Shown piece after piece: positions 1 to 13,153 of a stretch of DNA of 64,000 nt. The stretch lies in NCBI RefSeq assembly GCF_006345805.1, contig NC_043017.1, forward strand, positions 2,108,001 to 2,172,000, given 5' to 3'. The notes beneath the pieces were generated by a model. The model had not been told where the DNA came from. It did not search any database and worked only from the letters and a program-made list of their open reading frames with translations. Position 1 is the first letter of the stretch; each line of letters starts with the position of its first letter. The translations under genes and the position numbers were made by a program. Origin of the DNA: Octopus sinensis (Eukaryota).

Positions 1-77
1 GTCACGCGTAATATTTAAAAATAAGGATATTTAGACATGTATCTCAATATATAAGGACGTATATAAGGATATATAAA

Positions 78-255
78 GTGTCTGTCTGTCTCTCTGTCTA
101 TCTATCTGTCTTAGTATCTCTGAATCTCTCTATCTATTTAACTGTCTATCTTTTATTTATCCTTCTATCTTTCTGTCTATCTATTAGTCTATCTCTCTAT
201 ATATTGATTGGTCGATTTATCAATGTATTTATGTTTCTATCTATCTATCTATCTA

Positions 256-292
<37 letters not shown>

Positions 293-425
293 ATCTATCT
301 ATCTATCAGTCTATCTATATGTCTCTCTGTCTTTCTGTATTTATGTATCTATGTATATACGTATATATGTATGAATGAATGTATGTATTACGTATGTGTG
401 TATGTATGTATGTATGTATGTATGT
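78..425. repeat. Compound degenerate microsatellite (TCTA)n/(TATG)n
   Basis: Direct reading of tetranucleotide runs; explains ORF 78..374. Confidence 0.95.
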
Positions 426-884
426 AGTGTAACGCATAATTGTATTTTGTGCAAAAACTATATTCACTTTAATATCTGAATTCTCATTGGAACAAAGGTA
501 TCGTTGGTATAAAATAATGTGTCTGCGTATTTAGTGTACCGAGTTTGATGCTTAATAACATATTCCATCAATGTATTAATGTGATAGACTAATTTGTATA
601 ACATAACAAAATATCAGACAGTTTATAAATGTATTTAGTTGAATGCAGTAATATATATTTAGTTAGCGTAATATTAAATTATGCGGTATATAAAATATAG
701 TTTCTGTAATAGCGATGTGTAATTGTCTTTCAGCTGCTAAAGCAATAGAATATGGCGTATTATAATTATTACTGTGTTAGTATAGTTAGCGTATTTTTAT
801 TAACAGAATTATTAACAGAATGTATTATTAGCTTTTTTATTGTTGTAGACTGTGTAACAATTTCACATACTCATGTGTTGCAGT

Positions 885-888
885 AGTT

Positions 889-939
<51 letters not shown>

Positions 940-956
940 ATAGTAGTAGTAGTAGT

Positions 957-1018
<62 letters not shown>

Positions 1019-1043
1019 CAGCAGCAGCAGTAGTAGTAGTAGT

Positions 1044-1075
<32 letters not shown>

Positions 1076-1082
1076 TACTAGT

Positions 1083-1141
<59 letters not shown>
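885..1141. repeat. Compound trinucleotide microsatellite (AGT)n/(AGC)n
   Basis: Direct reading; explains poly-Ser ORF 873..1181. Confidence 0.95.
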
Positions 1142-1143
<2 letters not shown>

Positions 1144-1590
1144 TAAAAAACCTACTACTAGGGTCAGATGCTAAACTCTAAATTTCACAGAGAACAATCT
1201 TCAAGTTGACACCGCTGCGTTAAAAGCAGAAAAATTCTGTCTCTCCAATTTTTTCCCCCACATCATACCTTCAAAGCAATGAGACTGGAAGGCTACATTA
1301 TTACAATCGATTTTCAGATTATTCACTGCCTTTTAAAAAAATGCGAATTTTGTGAATGAAAAAAAAACTAGATCCCTTATTTCTAGCAATGTCGGTGCTT
1401 CAGCACCCTTAGTAACATTTAGTGACGAGTGAATTTTTCCTGTATGTTATCATATTACTCTTAGCTGTTTATATTAATTTTGTGTTTGTGTGTGTTGTGT
1501 TGTGTGTGTGTGTATTGGTTCTCATCTCTCAGCTTCATTATCTTCGCCAACTCCAGCACAAACGCAACAAGGGACAACAACACCATCAGT

Positions 1591-2069
1591 GGAGGCGCAA
1601 TGACCAAGTAGATGGGCAGCTGACTCGCGGTCGTAAGAACGCGGTTTTGATTCCCAGACCGGGCATTGTGAGTGTTTATTGAGCAAAAACACCTAAGATC
1701 CACGAGGCTCCGGCGGGGGAGACTGGGTGAACCCCGCTCTACTCTTTCACCACAACTTTCTCTCACTCTTTCTTACTACTTCTGCCACAAGGCAGAGGAA
1801 CCATGGTGTAACCCACTATGGTGTGGTAAACTTTCAGACCCTAGTCTAGATTGCGAATCCTCTGTACCCCAGGATGGTTCAGCTCTCCACCCGTTAAAAG
1901 ACACCGTTTACGGAATGAGGATAACAACGTAGCTTTCGCACCCGTGCAACCGCCATTCTATAGTGTGTGGTGGGTGGATCTTCAAGTTGCCGCACGCATT
2001 CTTAGTAGCTAAGAGTAGGCTCGAATTAGAGATTATTCGTTGTGGGTAATTGCGTGAGTCCCGATTGGA
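1591..2069 (+). mobile_element. tRNA-derived SINE ending in a (GAA)n tail
   Basis: tRNA-like head with B-box-like GGTTTTGATTCC at 1643-1654; head is similar to the minus-strand SINE at 30062-30292 (shared gaccgggc...ttgagcaaaa segment); 3' end tgagtcccgattg runs into (GAA)n. Confidence 0.7.
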
Positions 2070-2220
2070 AGAAGAAGAAGAAGAAGAAGAAGAGAAGAAG
2101 AAGAAGAAGAAGAAGAAGAAGAAGAAGAAAAAGAAGAAGAAGAAGAAGAAGAAGAAGAAGAAGAAGAACAACAACAACAACAACAACAAAAATGACAGCA
2201 GCAGCAGCAGCAGCAACAAT
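2067..2220. repeat. (GAA)n(CAA)n(CAG)n microsatellite
   Basis: Direct reading. Confidence 0.95.
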
Positions 2221-2860
2221 GATCGTTTCTTATTCAAGATGGCGAGCTAGCAGAAACGTTATTCTTTGTGGTTAATGGCATGAGTCCTGATTGGAAGAGG
2301 AAGAACAACACCATCACCGCACTTAGCTACTTTATACATTGCTCTGCTTACGCAGCCATCAATCCTACAATTTAATCTCAATAAATATGACCAAGCGACA
2401 CCGTCATGTCTCCATTTAACATCTAAAGGAATCGATTCAAAGGCGGCCGCCACGGGTGGTATCAGTAAGAACTTCGCAATAATATATTTCTGAAAGTACC
2501 ATGCATAGTATTGCTGGTGGCATTAGTTAAATTTGCTCTACTAATTTCATGCAACTTTGTCAACCACTTCTAGGCGTCCTTCCCTTGTCTTATGTTTCAT
2601 GTTGGCCATACTTGAATCTTCACTTTCCTGTCTTTCTTTATTTCTTTCTTTCTTTTCCTCTCTTTCTTCGTTTTCGTTTCCTCTCCCTCTATCGCTTCTT
2701 CTCTCTTTTCCTTCTCCCTCCATCTCCCTCTCCACCTCTTTGTGTGGTCTCTCTCTGCCTCTCTATCCCTTTCCATTTCTCTAATTTTTAATTCATATAT
2801 TGATTAAAGTCTGTTTCGGGACTCCGTTTATTTACTAACATCATTTTGGCCTTTAATCAC

Positions 2861-3083
2861 ACATACGTACATACATGCATACATACATACATACATACAT
2901 ACATACACACATACATACATACATGCATACATACATACATACGTACATACATACATACATACATACATACATACATACACACATACATACACACATACAT
3001 ACACACATACATACAAACATACATACATACATACATACATACATACACACATACATACATACATGCATACATACATACATACG

Positions 3084-3117
<34 letters not shown>

Positions 3118-3158
3118 CATGCATACATACATACATACATACCACATACATACACAAA

Positions 3159-3190
<32 letters not shown>

Positions 3191-3390
3191 CATGCATAAT
3201 ACATACTACATACACACATACATACACATATACATGCTACATACATACATATATACATACATACATACATACATATATTACATACTACATATATACATAA
3301 AACACAATACATATACATACATACATACATACACACACACAAATACACACACGCACATATAATAATATATATATATATATATATATACAC
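2861..3390. repeat. (TACA)n microsatellite, degenerate at 3' end
   Basis: Direct reading; source of the many HTYI/MYVC ORFs. Confidence 0.95.
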
Positions 3391-3965
3391 ACGCACATGC
3401 AAGCATGCATGCGTGTGCATATAGAGAAATACAAGTATAGTAAATACCATACAACATAGATTCTTTATTCCTGTTATAATCTTCTTATAATCTTCTCTTC
3501 CTAAGATGAGCTGATGTTAATAAATATTTGGTGCTTATATCTCTTCGTAAACCACCGTAGATTTTTTTGATAAATCAATCTTTTATGTGGTAAAATATAG
3601 ACGTCAGAGATTCTATCTTAAATCTCAGATGTCGCTAGTCTTGAAAATGGTAATTCTTGTTATTGTTGTTTTTTCTTATTGGAATCCAGATCAAGAGAAA
3701 CCTTGGTCAACCGTATACCAGCTGATATCACCTCCTCTTTTTACCGAGGCAATGAATCGATGCCAAATCTCTCCAACATGGTTTGCTTTTCAAATATATA
3801 TACAGTAGGGTGCGATTACGATTTTTTTTTCTTCTCTTGTTCTTAACCGGCAGAGCAACCAAATATTGAAGATCAATACTTTGCCTGCAAGTACAATTAT
3901 AATGAGGTCATTAAAACCGAGTGTAATATCAGCTGCAATCTTTGTAAAGAACTTAAAGAACATAA

Positions 3966-4447
3966 ATATTAATCACCTACTACGTGGTTAAGAGACATGC
4001 TAGAAATAGCAACCATATATATTACTCACCAATGGTAGGACACATGCTTGAAATAGCAACCATATATGTTAAATACATACGGAAGGACACACTACGCGGT
4101 TAAGAGACATGCTAGAAATAGCAACCATATATATATTAATCACCAATGGAAGGACACACTGCGTGGTTAAGAGACATGCTAGAAATAGCAACCATATATA
4201 TTAATCACCTATAGAAGGACACACGACGTGGTTAATAGACATGCTAGAAATAGCAACCATATATATTAAATACCCACGGAAGGACACACCACGTGTTTAA
4301 GAGACATGCTAGAAATAGCAACTATATATATTAAATACCTACGGAAGGACACACTACGTGGTTAATAGACATGCTAGAAATAGCAACCATATATATTAAT
4401 GACATACTACATGGTTAATAGACATGCTGGAAATAGCAACTATATAT
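3966..4447. repeat. Minisatellite, ~65-bp unit, 8 core copies
   Basis: Core gacatgctagaaatagcaac starts at 3994, ~4041, 4106, 4173, 4238, 4303, 4368, 4421 (spacing mostly 65). Confidence 0.9.
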
Positions 4448-5728
4448 CCCTTAGATTATAACATAGCTCTATTGAAATTATATATGGGTTCAAGATTTCA
4501 CAGGTAGTTTTCTCTATCGATCCGAGCAAATGAACGGTAAACCTGACATTGAACGTGTGTAACGTTAAGCTGAGATCAAATCAATCCTCCGTTAATTCCG
4601 CGTCGAAAAAATGAAATCCTAGTTAAACAGTGTAGTACCGACTGACAATTTTCACTCAAATTCCTGGTCTTGCGCCTATTCTATAAACAGTGTTGATAAT
4701 AAACACTGTTTAATATACTTGCATTTGGGGTGATGAATGAGGATGGTGATTGTGAAGGTGGTTATAGCGAGTAGGAATATAGCTTTCAAGCTAATGAACA
4801 AAGCTGCGGTGGGGAGGGTGGCATTCGACTGGGTCATACTTGTCACATTCGCAAAGGTTTTAGAAAATTTACTGATAGTCAACCCGTTCAGCTTCGTTCT
4901 AAACCACTTCGTGAATTTGTACAATTATGCCAGCAAGAGTAACGAGGATGATATCAAAAACACAACAACGACGATATCAAGTTTGAAAACAAAACAAAGA
5001 CAAACATCCAATCAGCTGAGGGTAATAACTCATAATCTTAATCACACGTCTCTGATGAATAAACCTCTTGAATCAAACAACTAATGATTGCAAATGCTAC
5101 GGGCAGGTTATCAATCATCGCCTTTATGTGAATGTGGTATCACTCAGCTGGTGAGCCCACACGAAACTTTATACTGCATCAGCTGTTACGTGGAAATGGT
5201 GACGCGCCAAATATATACATAAGTTTCACTAAGAACTGAGGACATTGAATTATATACAAAGAGAAGGAAATTTGAGACTTAAAACAAAACGACCCATATA
5301 CGTACAAAGGTGTATAGCAAACAGATTTTATTCAGTATTGAAAAAGAAGTGTGCAGTGTGCAATAAGAAAGAAGAATTAGATTAATAAACACAAAGTTCT
5401 GAATTATGTATTGCGTATTAAGCTTTAAAACATCCCCGGTCATAAAATGAGGTTGAAATATAAAGTGATTCGAGTTGAGGGATGTGATGTGAAGGATCTA
5501 GATTATCTGCCCTACCAAAACGAATACATGCGGGTGAAAAGTGTTTCAAAAAGTCACCCCAAAAGTCGTTTCAGGAAATAAATGCGAAAACAAACCAGGC
5601 ACAAGATGAACAAATGCATCAATTTATCCGTAAAGAGGTTATCAAAAGGCGGAAACACTTACACACACACACACACACAAACCACACACACACACATACG
5701 CACACACTTATATATGAATATGAATATG

Positions 5729-5774
<46 letters not shown>

Positions 5775-6015
5775 ATATGCATATCATATATATATTAATA
5801 TGTAGGAGAATTCACAAAAACAAAAAGACAAAAGAGGAAGACAGGTGGTGTGAACAACAAACAGATGCATTAGTTTAACGCTCGGTAAGTAAAAAAAAAT
5901 CTCTAACTTTTCGAGTCTACGCTCTTCCACAGAAAGAAACAAAGAGGAAAATAATGTATAGTGTTTAGCGTATACATATATGTAAATAAATATGTATGTG
6001 TATATATGTATATAT

Positions 6016-6072
<57 letters not shown>

Positions 6073-6150
6073 TTGTAAAAAATGAAGTTCGAAAATGCTG
6101 CTATATTATACAATTTTAATTTTTATATATACATTATAACATATATATAT

Positions 6151-6188
<38 letters not shown>

Positions 6189-6194
6189 ACTGGA

Positions 6195-6600
6195 TTTTAT
6201 TTTATCATCTCCGAAAGGATAAAAGGAAAAATCGACCTCGGCGCAAGTGCAACTCAGAACATAAAGAAGAGACGAAATTTCGCTAAGTATTTTGCCCGGC
6301 GTGGTAACAATTCTGCGAATCACCACCTTAGAGAATGCAAATATTGATTTCAAATTTTAGCATAAGGCAGTAATCTTGAAAAGGAGACGATAAGTCAATT
6401 ACACCGATGCCAGGCCTCGATTGGTGCCTATTTTATCGATTTTGAAAGGATGAAAAGTAAAACCGACATCGGTGTGTTTTGAACTGAGTATGTGAAGACG
6501 GATAAAATACCGCCAGGCATTTTTTTCCTGCATGCTAAAGGTTCTGTAGCTCACCGCCTGAGAGAACGAAAATATTAATTGTTTCTCGCCTAGGGCCAAA
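6195..6600 (-). mobile_element. Two degraded SINE family B fragments
   Basis: Matches to the family B motifs ccgaaaggatgaaag / gacctcggc / aactcagaac / gacgaaat seen at 14160-14476. Confidence 0.65.
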
Positions 6601-6602
6601 AC

Positions 6603-6754
6603 CCGAAACTTGGTGGAGGTATCAGTCTTTTACACCCATCCCGAAACTTGGTGGAGGTATCAGTCTTTTACACCCATCCCGAAACTTGGTGGAGGTATCA
6701 GTCTTTTACACCCATCCCGAAACTTGGTGGAGGTATCAGTCTTTTACACCCATC
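6603..6754. repeat. Perfect tandem repeat, 38 bp x 4
   Basis: ccgaaacttggtggaggtatcagtcttttacacccatc at 6603, 6641, 6679, 6717 with no mismatches. Confidence 0.95.
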
Positions 6755-7647
6755 CCTAAACTTTTCTACAATATTTTATTGAATCCGAAAGATTGCAATG
6801 CAAAGTCGCTCACGGTGGGGTGGTTTTTATTATTCCTTATTTTATAGTTCAAAATTCAAATACCGCGAAGGCGAAATTCACCTTTCCGGCTTTCGGGTTC
6901 TATAAAATATGATAACATTTAAAAGACTGGGGTCGGTGTTATTAAACGATGCCCTTTTTGTAAAATGTTGGCCCTTACGTCTATTCTATAAACAATAATC
7001 ATTAAGGTGATGGTAAATGTCATTGTTTTGTTGCCACTGGCGACTGATGAGGAGGAGTGGGTGTTGGTAAGGACTGTTTTGATAGTGATGGTTGTGGTGG
7101 TGGTGGTGGTGGCGAAGGATGGTGGTGGTGGTTGTCGTCGTCGTGGTGGATACAGTGAGAATTGGAAGCAGGTAAGATTATAATGCCTTATTCCATATAT
7201 GCCACAAGGGTGACAATTAGAGGGCAATACCAAAACAAGAAGAAGAAGAAGAAGAAGAAGACAATGAGTAAGTCCATTAAGATTAAGAGAATCAGTTTAT
7301 GGAATAAATTTGCATACTGTCCGCGAAATAGAGTAAATAGTGAAGGAAAAAAATATAAGAATAAAAATAAGAATGAAACGGTATAAGAGAGAGACGGAAG
7401 AAAAGAAGAAAAGAAGGAAGATGGAAAGTCTGAGAGAAGGGAAGAGGAAGAGAAGGAGGTTATGATGATGATGATGATGAGGCGGAGGAGGAGGAGGAGG
7501 AGGAGCTAATTGAAAGGAAAGTGTTTGTTCTTAACAGAGCACTGTAGTGGTCTTTAATGGAGTATTGAGTTGATTTATGTGTGTTATTGCTCAGGTTGCA
7601 ATAACAGAGAGACTGCCGATCCGTCCCTAACCACCGAGGAGAAAATA

Positions 7648-7679
<32 letters not shown>

Positions 7680-7801
7680 CAAAGAGAGAGAGAGGGATGC
7701 TGCAGGAAAAGGCATTGAAATTACACACGACAAACACACGCTCTCATACATTCACATGCATATCGCAGACTCGTATTTATGTATGTATGTATGTATGTAT
7801 G

Positions 7802-7833
<32 letters not shown>

Positions 7834-9831
7834 CAAACCAGCATTTCGTGAAATCAACAAATATATACGACTTAAATCTTCCCGTGTGTGACTTCATCAT
7901 TTTTTCCTTTTCTCCTTCTTCTCATTCCTTTTTCTTAAACAAGGATGCTTGACCTCTGATGTCGAATTCGGAGGATCCCCTGCAGATATGAGTAACTCGA
8001 TCCCCTAAATAACTCCCTCAAACATCCATGTCACATCACAGTTACATTTTGTGAAGACTGACAAATCCGACATTAACGGCAGAAGCACGGAATGCTGGGT
8101 ATATCCTTTGCTAATTCATCTTGTAAAACGTGTCTGCAAAGTGTCAATGTGAAAGCTATACTTCTAATTTACACCAATATCAAATGGCCTTGTCCAAGAT
8201 TAGCCAGCAGTTTCTTTAATTATGAAAATGCTGGCTGATGATGATTGCCCATTACTCTTAGAATCAGCCTAAATGAAACATGGCACATGCTTGAAGCCTA
8301 AACTTAACAGCGTATTCTATTACACGCACAAGCAATTAAGGACATGCTGGGATTAGGCAGTTTATTGTGAAGAACTATGGATTAACATATCTTCCTCCAA
8401 ACCATTATACATCTCCCTATCACTGACACCGCCACTCCTACTTTCACTTTCCATTAGCACTACCACAGAAATTGATATAGCATGCAATATTAGTACACAA
8501 AGAAGTTAGCCGACAGCAATTTATCAGAATTACTCAAAGACTTGGCAGGGGAATAATTGACAAAAGAGAAAGTCAAGGGAAAGAGAAAGAGCGTGTGAGT
8601 GAAGGTGAGAGTAGATGGGGACAGTGGGAATTAAGAAAGAGAGGATGACATGTAGAGAAAGAAATTAGAGAAGCGAAGGAAAGAGAAAATAGTAAATAAG
8701 GGCGATTTTAATCTGTTGTTAACAATGAAAACTAAGTGGGGAGATGTTAAATAATACTAGTACGGTCACCGCGCCATCTCTAAATGACATTTTGTTTCTT
8801 CGTTGGCAAAAATAATACAGACGAAATATTTGTAAGCAGTACGAATAAATTGTTTAAATGATGGAGCTCGAAGAAAAGGAAGAGAAAACTAAACAATTAT
8901 GATTGAAGCAATGTATACTAATCAATAATATTTTTATATAATACCAATCAGGTTGGCCACTTTGCGGAATAAATGATGATAATACGTCATCTTAATATAA
9001 TAGAAAACTAACGGAGCCGTTATTATAACCTTTGTGGAAATATTTGACAAGGTTTTTGTACAATTATTCAAAGTTGTTCGTTGTTTAACTCCATATCGGC
9101 GTTAGTAGTGCAGACTTATGATAAATGTCGATCAGGTCTTGACATTCTCATCTTAGTAGTTGATTCGCTCCAGGTCAGCAGCAATTGAGGAGGCCAAGAA
9201 AAATGCACGTTTGAAGCGTAATCATACCGTTTTTGTTTGCTTAAGTCATGATGTATCCACCTTTACTTCATACTCCATCCAAACATAGTCCCCTCGATAC
9301 ACTTTAAGAGGGCACGATGCGAAGAAATTGAAAAATTTAGCTGCTACTTCAAGGCGATCCAGTAAGTAGGTAGACGCCCTCGTCATGGCTTGACGATCCT
9401 GTTGTTTTACGGATGACTAAAACTAGAACGTACAATGTGTCCCTTCCTTTTTAAAGATGAACCATTTAGTTCGAGGGATATTTAGCTGTTATATCTCAAC
9501 ATCAAGTACCAAAGTAACCAATAAAATGGATAGCATAATTATCAAAGGAGCAGGGCAAAGGTTGCGAATGACGTTATCGAGAGGGTGGCAGTTAAAACTG
9601 TGGCCGATAGGAATGATCACACGAACGTCTGAGCAAAATTACCACGTGGTAACACACACACATACCCAAACAATCTCCCCCCCCCCACACACACACACAT
9701 ACCAATAAGTACTCTTCGGCCTTCGAAAACCCCATTCAACACTCTCCAACACTTGCTTTTCCTGACACTCTTTTTTTTATATTTTTAGTTTCCTCTTCCT
9801 TCCTCGTTTACCGCTTTCTGGACCCTTCCCT

Positions 9832-9868
9832 GTATATCCGAGAAAGGGCTTTGCCCGAAACGACATAC
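9832..9868 (+). ncRNA. Degenerate minimal hammerhead-like motif
   Basis: GTAT..CCGAGAA-A-GGGC-TTT-GCCC-GAAA-CG-AC-ATAC: stem II and GAAAC intact, three core mismatches (U4C, G8A, U16.1A). Confidence 0.3.
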
Positions 9869-10109
9869 TTTTGCCGTTACACACTAAATATTATCAGGCA
9901 GACAGGCCGAAAGTTAGAGAGAGAAAGATAGACAGACAGACAGAAATACAGTCAGACAAGCAGAGAGATGGACAGACAGTCAATCTTTTTCGGAGAATGA
10001 CATGACTGCGAAAATGGAAACCGTTTCACTTCTGTAAATTCTCTCGCACGTGAGGGCCCATAGTAGGTTACAATGTCTGCTTGTCTGCTTCTCTGCCAGT
10101 CTATCTATC

Positions 10110-10125
10110 TAGCTGTTTATCTATA

Positions 10126-10188
<63 letters not shown>

Positions 10189-10348
10189 ATATATATATAT
10201 ATATATATATTTAGAGAGAGAGAGAGAGAGATACATGCATACATACATACATACATACATACATACATACATACATACATACATACATACACACATACAT
10301 ACATACATACATACATACATACATACATACATACATACATACATACAT
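10110..10348. repeat. Compound microsatellite (TCTA)n(TA)n(GA)n(TACA)n
   Basis: Direct reading. Confidence 0.95.
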
Positions 10349-10354
10349 CCTAGA

Positions 10355-10581
10355 TACGAGTGGTGCTAAAAAGTTCCTGGCTTTTGGTAAAAGAATATGC
10401 AGCAGAATCAGTTAATTATGATTTTATACAACTTATTCCCCTCTCAGTTCTCAGTTCCGCATTTTTGTTGTAGCGGTCCTCAACTTTTTCTAAGCCCTGT
10501 AAAAGAACTTGGAACGTTGGGCCTCCATGCAAGCCCTTCGCAATACCAATAAAGCCAGGACATTTTCTGCACAGCCTCGTA
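10355..10581. mobile_element. Mariner-type MITE (~227 bp)
   Basis: Imperfect ~30-bp terminal inverted repeats TACGAGTGGTGCTAAAAAGTTCCTGGCTTT / AAAGCCAGGACATTTTCTGCACAGCCTCGTA, TA at both ends, no ORF. Confidence 0.75.
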
Positions 10582-11974
10582 TGTCCGATGACTTAAATTA
10601 AGCTCGGTAAACTATACATGATTGCGTAATAGACGAGAAATGACAGCCATCTCTCCCTCAATATTACATCCAACTTATTTTAAAACACAAATGACACAAA
10701 ACATAACAGGAAACGCATGAAAAGAAAAGAAGGGTCCATTACGGCAGGCATCACTTTAATTATTTCTCTCCTGGATCAGCGCTGATCTGTGGTGAAAGAA
10801 CAACAACAACAACGAGAATGATGACGTCGATGGCAACGAAGTTAGCACTAGCTTCCAATCGGTTCATTGGATTATGAAGACTCGCTAATAACGATAATTT
10901 ACGAACGCTTTCGCTTTCTGAGAATTAAGACATTGACTCTCTCTTGAGAATTTATTTTACTGTCGAACGATTTTAATCCAGATTCTATGGAGATTGTTGT
11001 GTAATGGAAAAGGAAATTGTGTAATAAATTACTTGTCGTTCATTTGATTAACACTGAAAGAAAAACAACGATACCTGACATTATATTCATCCGTTATTTC
11101 GGTGACGGTGGGTGTCCGTAGCTCTACGCAAATGTGGTAGTCTTTCATACGGAAGGTTCACCGATTTGTCTGCTCAGAAAAATTAAAGAAACTCTCGTAT
11201 TATATGCCTTAGTCATATTATAAATTAGAATAGCCCTGTGGCTCTTAAATGAAACTGTCTCGGATCACTCTGAATGTATTAAATTAATTGATGGCAGTTC
11301 ATTGATAAACGAGTTTGTTTTGTTACGAAATAGTAGCAAAAGAATTTGTTTATGTCACTGGAGTGAATGATGCTGGGTGAGAGGGAGCTTGGCAAAGCAA
11401 TTACGTTGGAAGTTATATATACAATGTAAATGTAAATACCTCCTAAACGGCAAGAAAACTTGTATTTGTTTTTCTTTTTTGTTTTGTTTTTGTTTTTACC
11501 TGCTTAGCAACCATCGATGTCTTATTTTATAAGAAATTATGCCTGCTTTAGACTCTTCCTGATTCTTTTACATAATGCCTCCTCTCTTTCATTGATTGTT
11601 CATCCGGTAGCTAAAATCCTCTATTCCTTTTGATAAGAATATGGATTATAGGGCGGGAAAGAGATGGATTGATAAACGCTTTGTTGTTTTCTCTGAAACT
11701 TAAATGATCCACCTAGGAGCGAAATATACAGTTCCTTTACTATTGGGGCTTCGATAAAACAAAAATGGCTATTGTTTTCATGGTTGTTTTGATAAAATTA
11801 TCTCATACTGGGATGCCATTTATTGAGTTCAAAATGCAATAAACTTTCACATTAAGCCCATGAGTAGGTGGTTCGAACAAAGCTTTTGCAGAGATGTTAC
11901 CAGTGAAACATGCTTCCTGTGAAACATGCTTCCTGTGAAACACGGGGTCTATCACCAGACGGAATGAAGCTCAA

Positions 11975-12860
11975 ATCTGCGTTTAACATCGCGGAAAATT
12001 TAAGGTGGAGGAATGGCATATTCGTTTGGTCGCTGGGCAAAATACTTAGTGGCATTTCGCCTGTCTTTATGATCAGTGTTCAAATTGCACCGGGGTCAAC
12101 TTCGCCTTTCATCCTTTCGGGCGTCAATAAAATAAGTAGCAGTTCAGATCTGATGTCGCTGTGATCAACTTACAACTCTCCCGATATTACTGGCCTTGTG
12201 CTAACATTTGAAATCGATATCTAGAAAGATCAATATATCAATTTGCGGGTACACATTTACTTCCTTCTTTACCAATTAGAAAACTATACTTCCGTCTAGA
12301 AAACGCAGGCATTTGAAAATCACTGGTGCAGATCCGTATCATCAAAAATATCTCACACAACTGCTCAATCTTTTGAGTTCTCTTCCTCGGTGATTACAAG
12401 ACACTCTTGGTTGTCTCTCAATATTCTTTCTCACAAAGATCAACTTGTTTATTATAATGAATTGCCTACATAAGGTTGTATCCTTATTTACGTTTATTCC
12501 ACGCCAACTCATTGAATATAAAATAGAAGTTGATATTTTCTAAAGACAAGGACCAGGGGTTATTTGAAAACGATAAACGTCTCCCTTTTCAAGCATAGCC
12601 AGACTCATGGGCCCGGCTTCCCGTTTAATGTGGCGCATGTGCCCCCCCCCCAGCTGAAAATAGGTATTTCGCCTGTCGCTACGATCTGAGTTCAAATTCT
12701 ACCGGGATCGACTTTGCTTTTCACTCTTGCGTGGTCAATCAATAAATTAAGTACCAGTTGCGTACTGCGGTCGATCTGATCAACAATCCACCTCCCCACA
12801 AATTTCACGCCTAGCCTTGTACCTTTCGTAGAAAAGATTATTATTATTATTATTATTATT

Positions 12861-12895
<35 letters not shown>

Positions 12896-13100
12896 TACCG
12901 ATGCGAGCTGGCAGAACCGCAGCACGCCGGACGAAATGCTTAGTCGCATTTCAACCGTCTTTACCATCTGTGTTCAAATTCCGGCGAGGTCGACTTTTCC
13001 GTTCATTTTTTCGGGGTCGATAACTTAAGTACGAGTGAATCACTGGGGCTGCAGTAACTCACCAAGTTTAAGCCCTTGTGCCTTTAGTAGAAAGGATTAT
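11975..13100 (+). mobile_element. Cluster of SINE family B copies (~11975-12245, 12655-12840, 12897-13100) plus a family C fragment (~12597-12655)
   Basis: Recurring gagttcaaattcc..gaggtcgactttgcctttcatcctttcggggtcgataaa motif; ctcatgggcccgg fragment matches 30070-30095. Confidence 0.75.
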
Positions 13101-13113
13101 TATTATTATCATC

Positions 13114-13153
<40 letters not shown>

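Noticed and set aside
873-1181. Poly-Ser ORF mixing AGT and AGC codons
   Set aside because: A compound (AGT)/(AGC) microsatellite like others in the window (e.g. 45240-45330); no splice context or flanking coding signal.
6603-6754. CRISPR-like appearance of 38-bp repeats
   Set aside because: Units abut directly with no spacers, there are no cas genes, and the context is eukaryotic.
7964-7985. EcoRI-BamHI-PstI sites within 22 bp, resembling a polylinker
   Set aside because: Spacing and flanks do not match a vector MCS that I recognise; there is no other vector sequence.
8236-8290. CTGATGA ... GAAACATG hammerhead-like words
   Set aside because: Stem II does not abut GAAA, and there is no UH cleavage site with a stem I.
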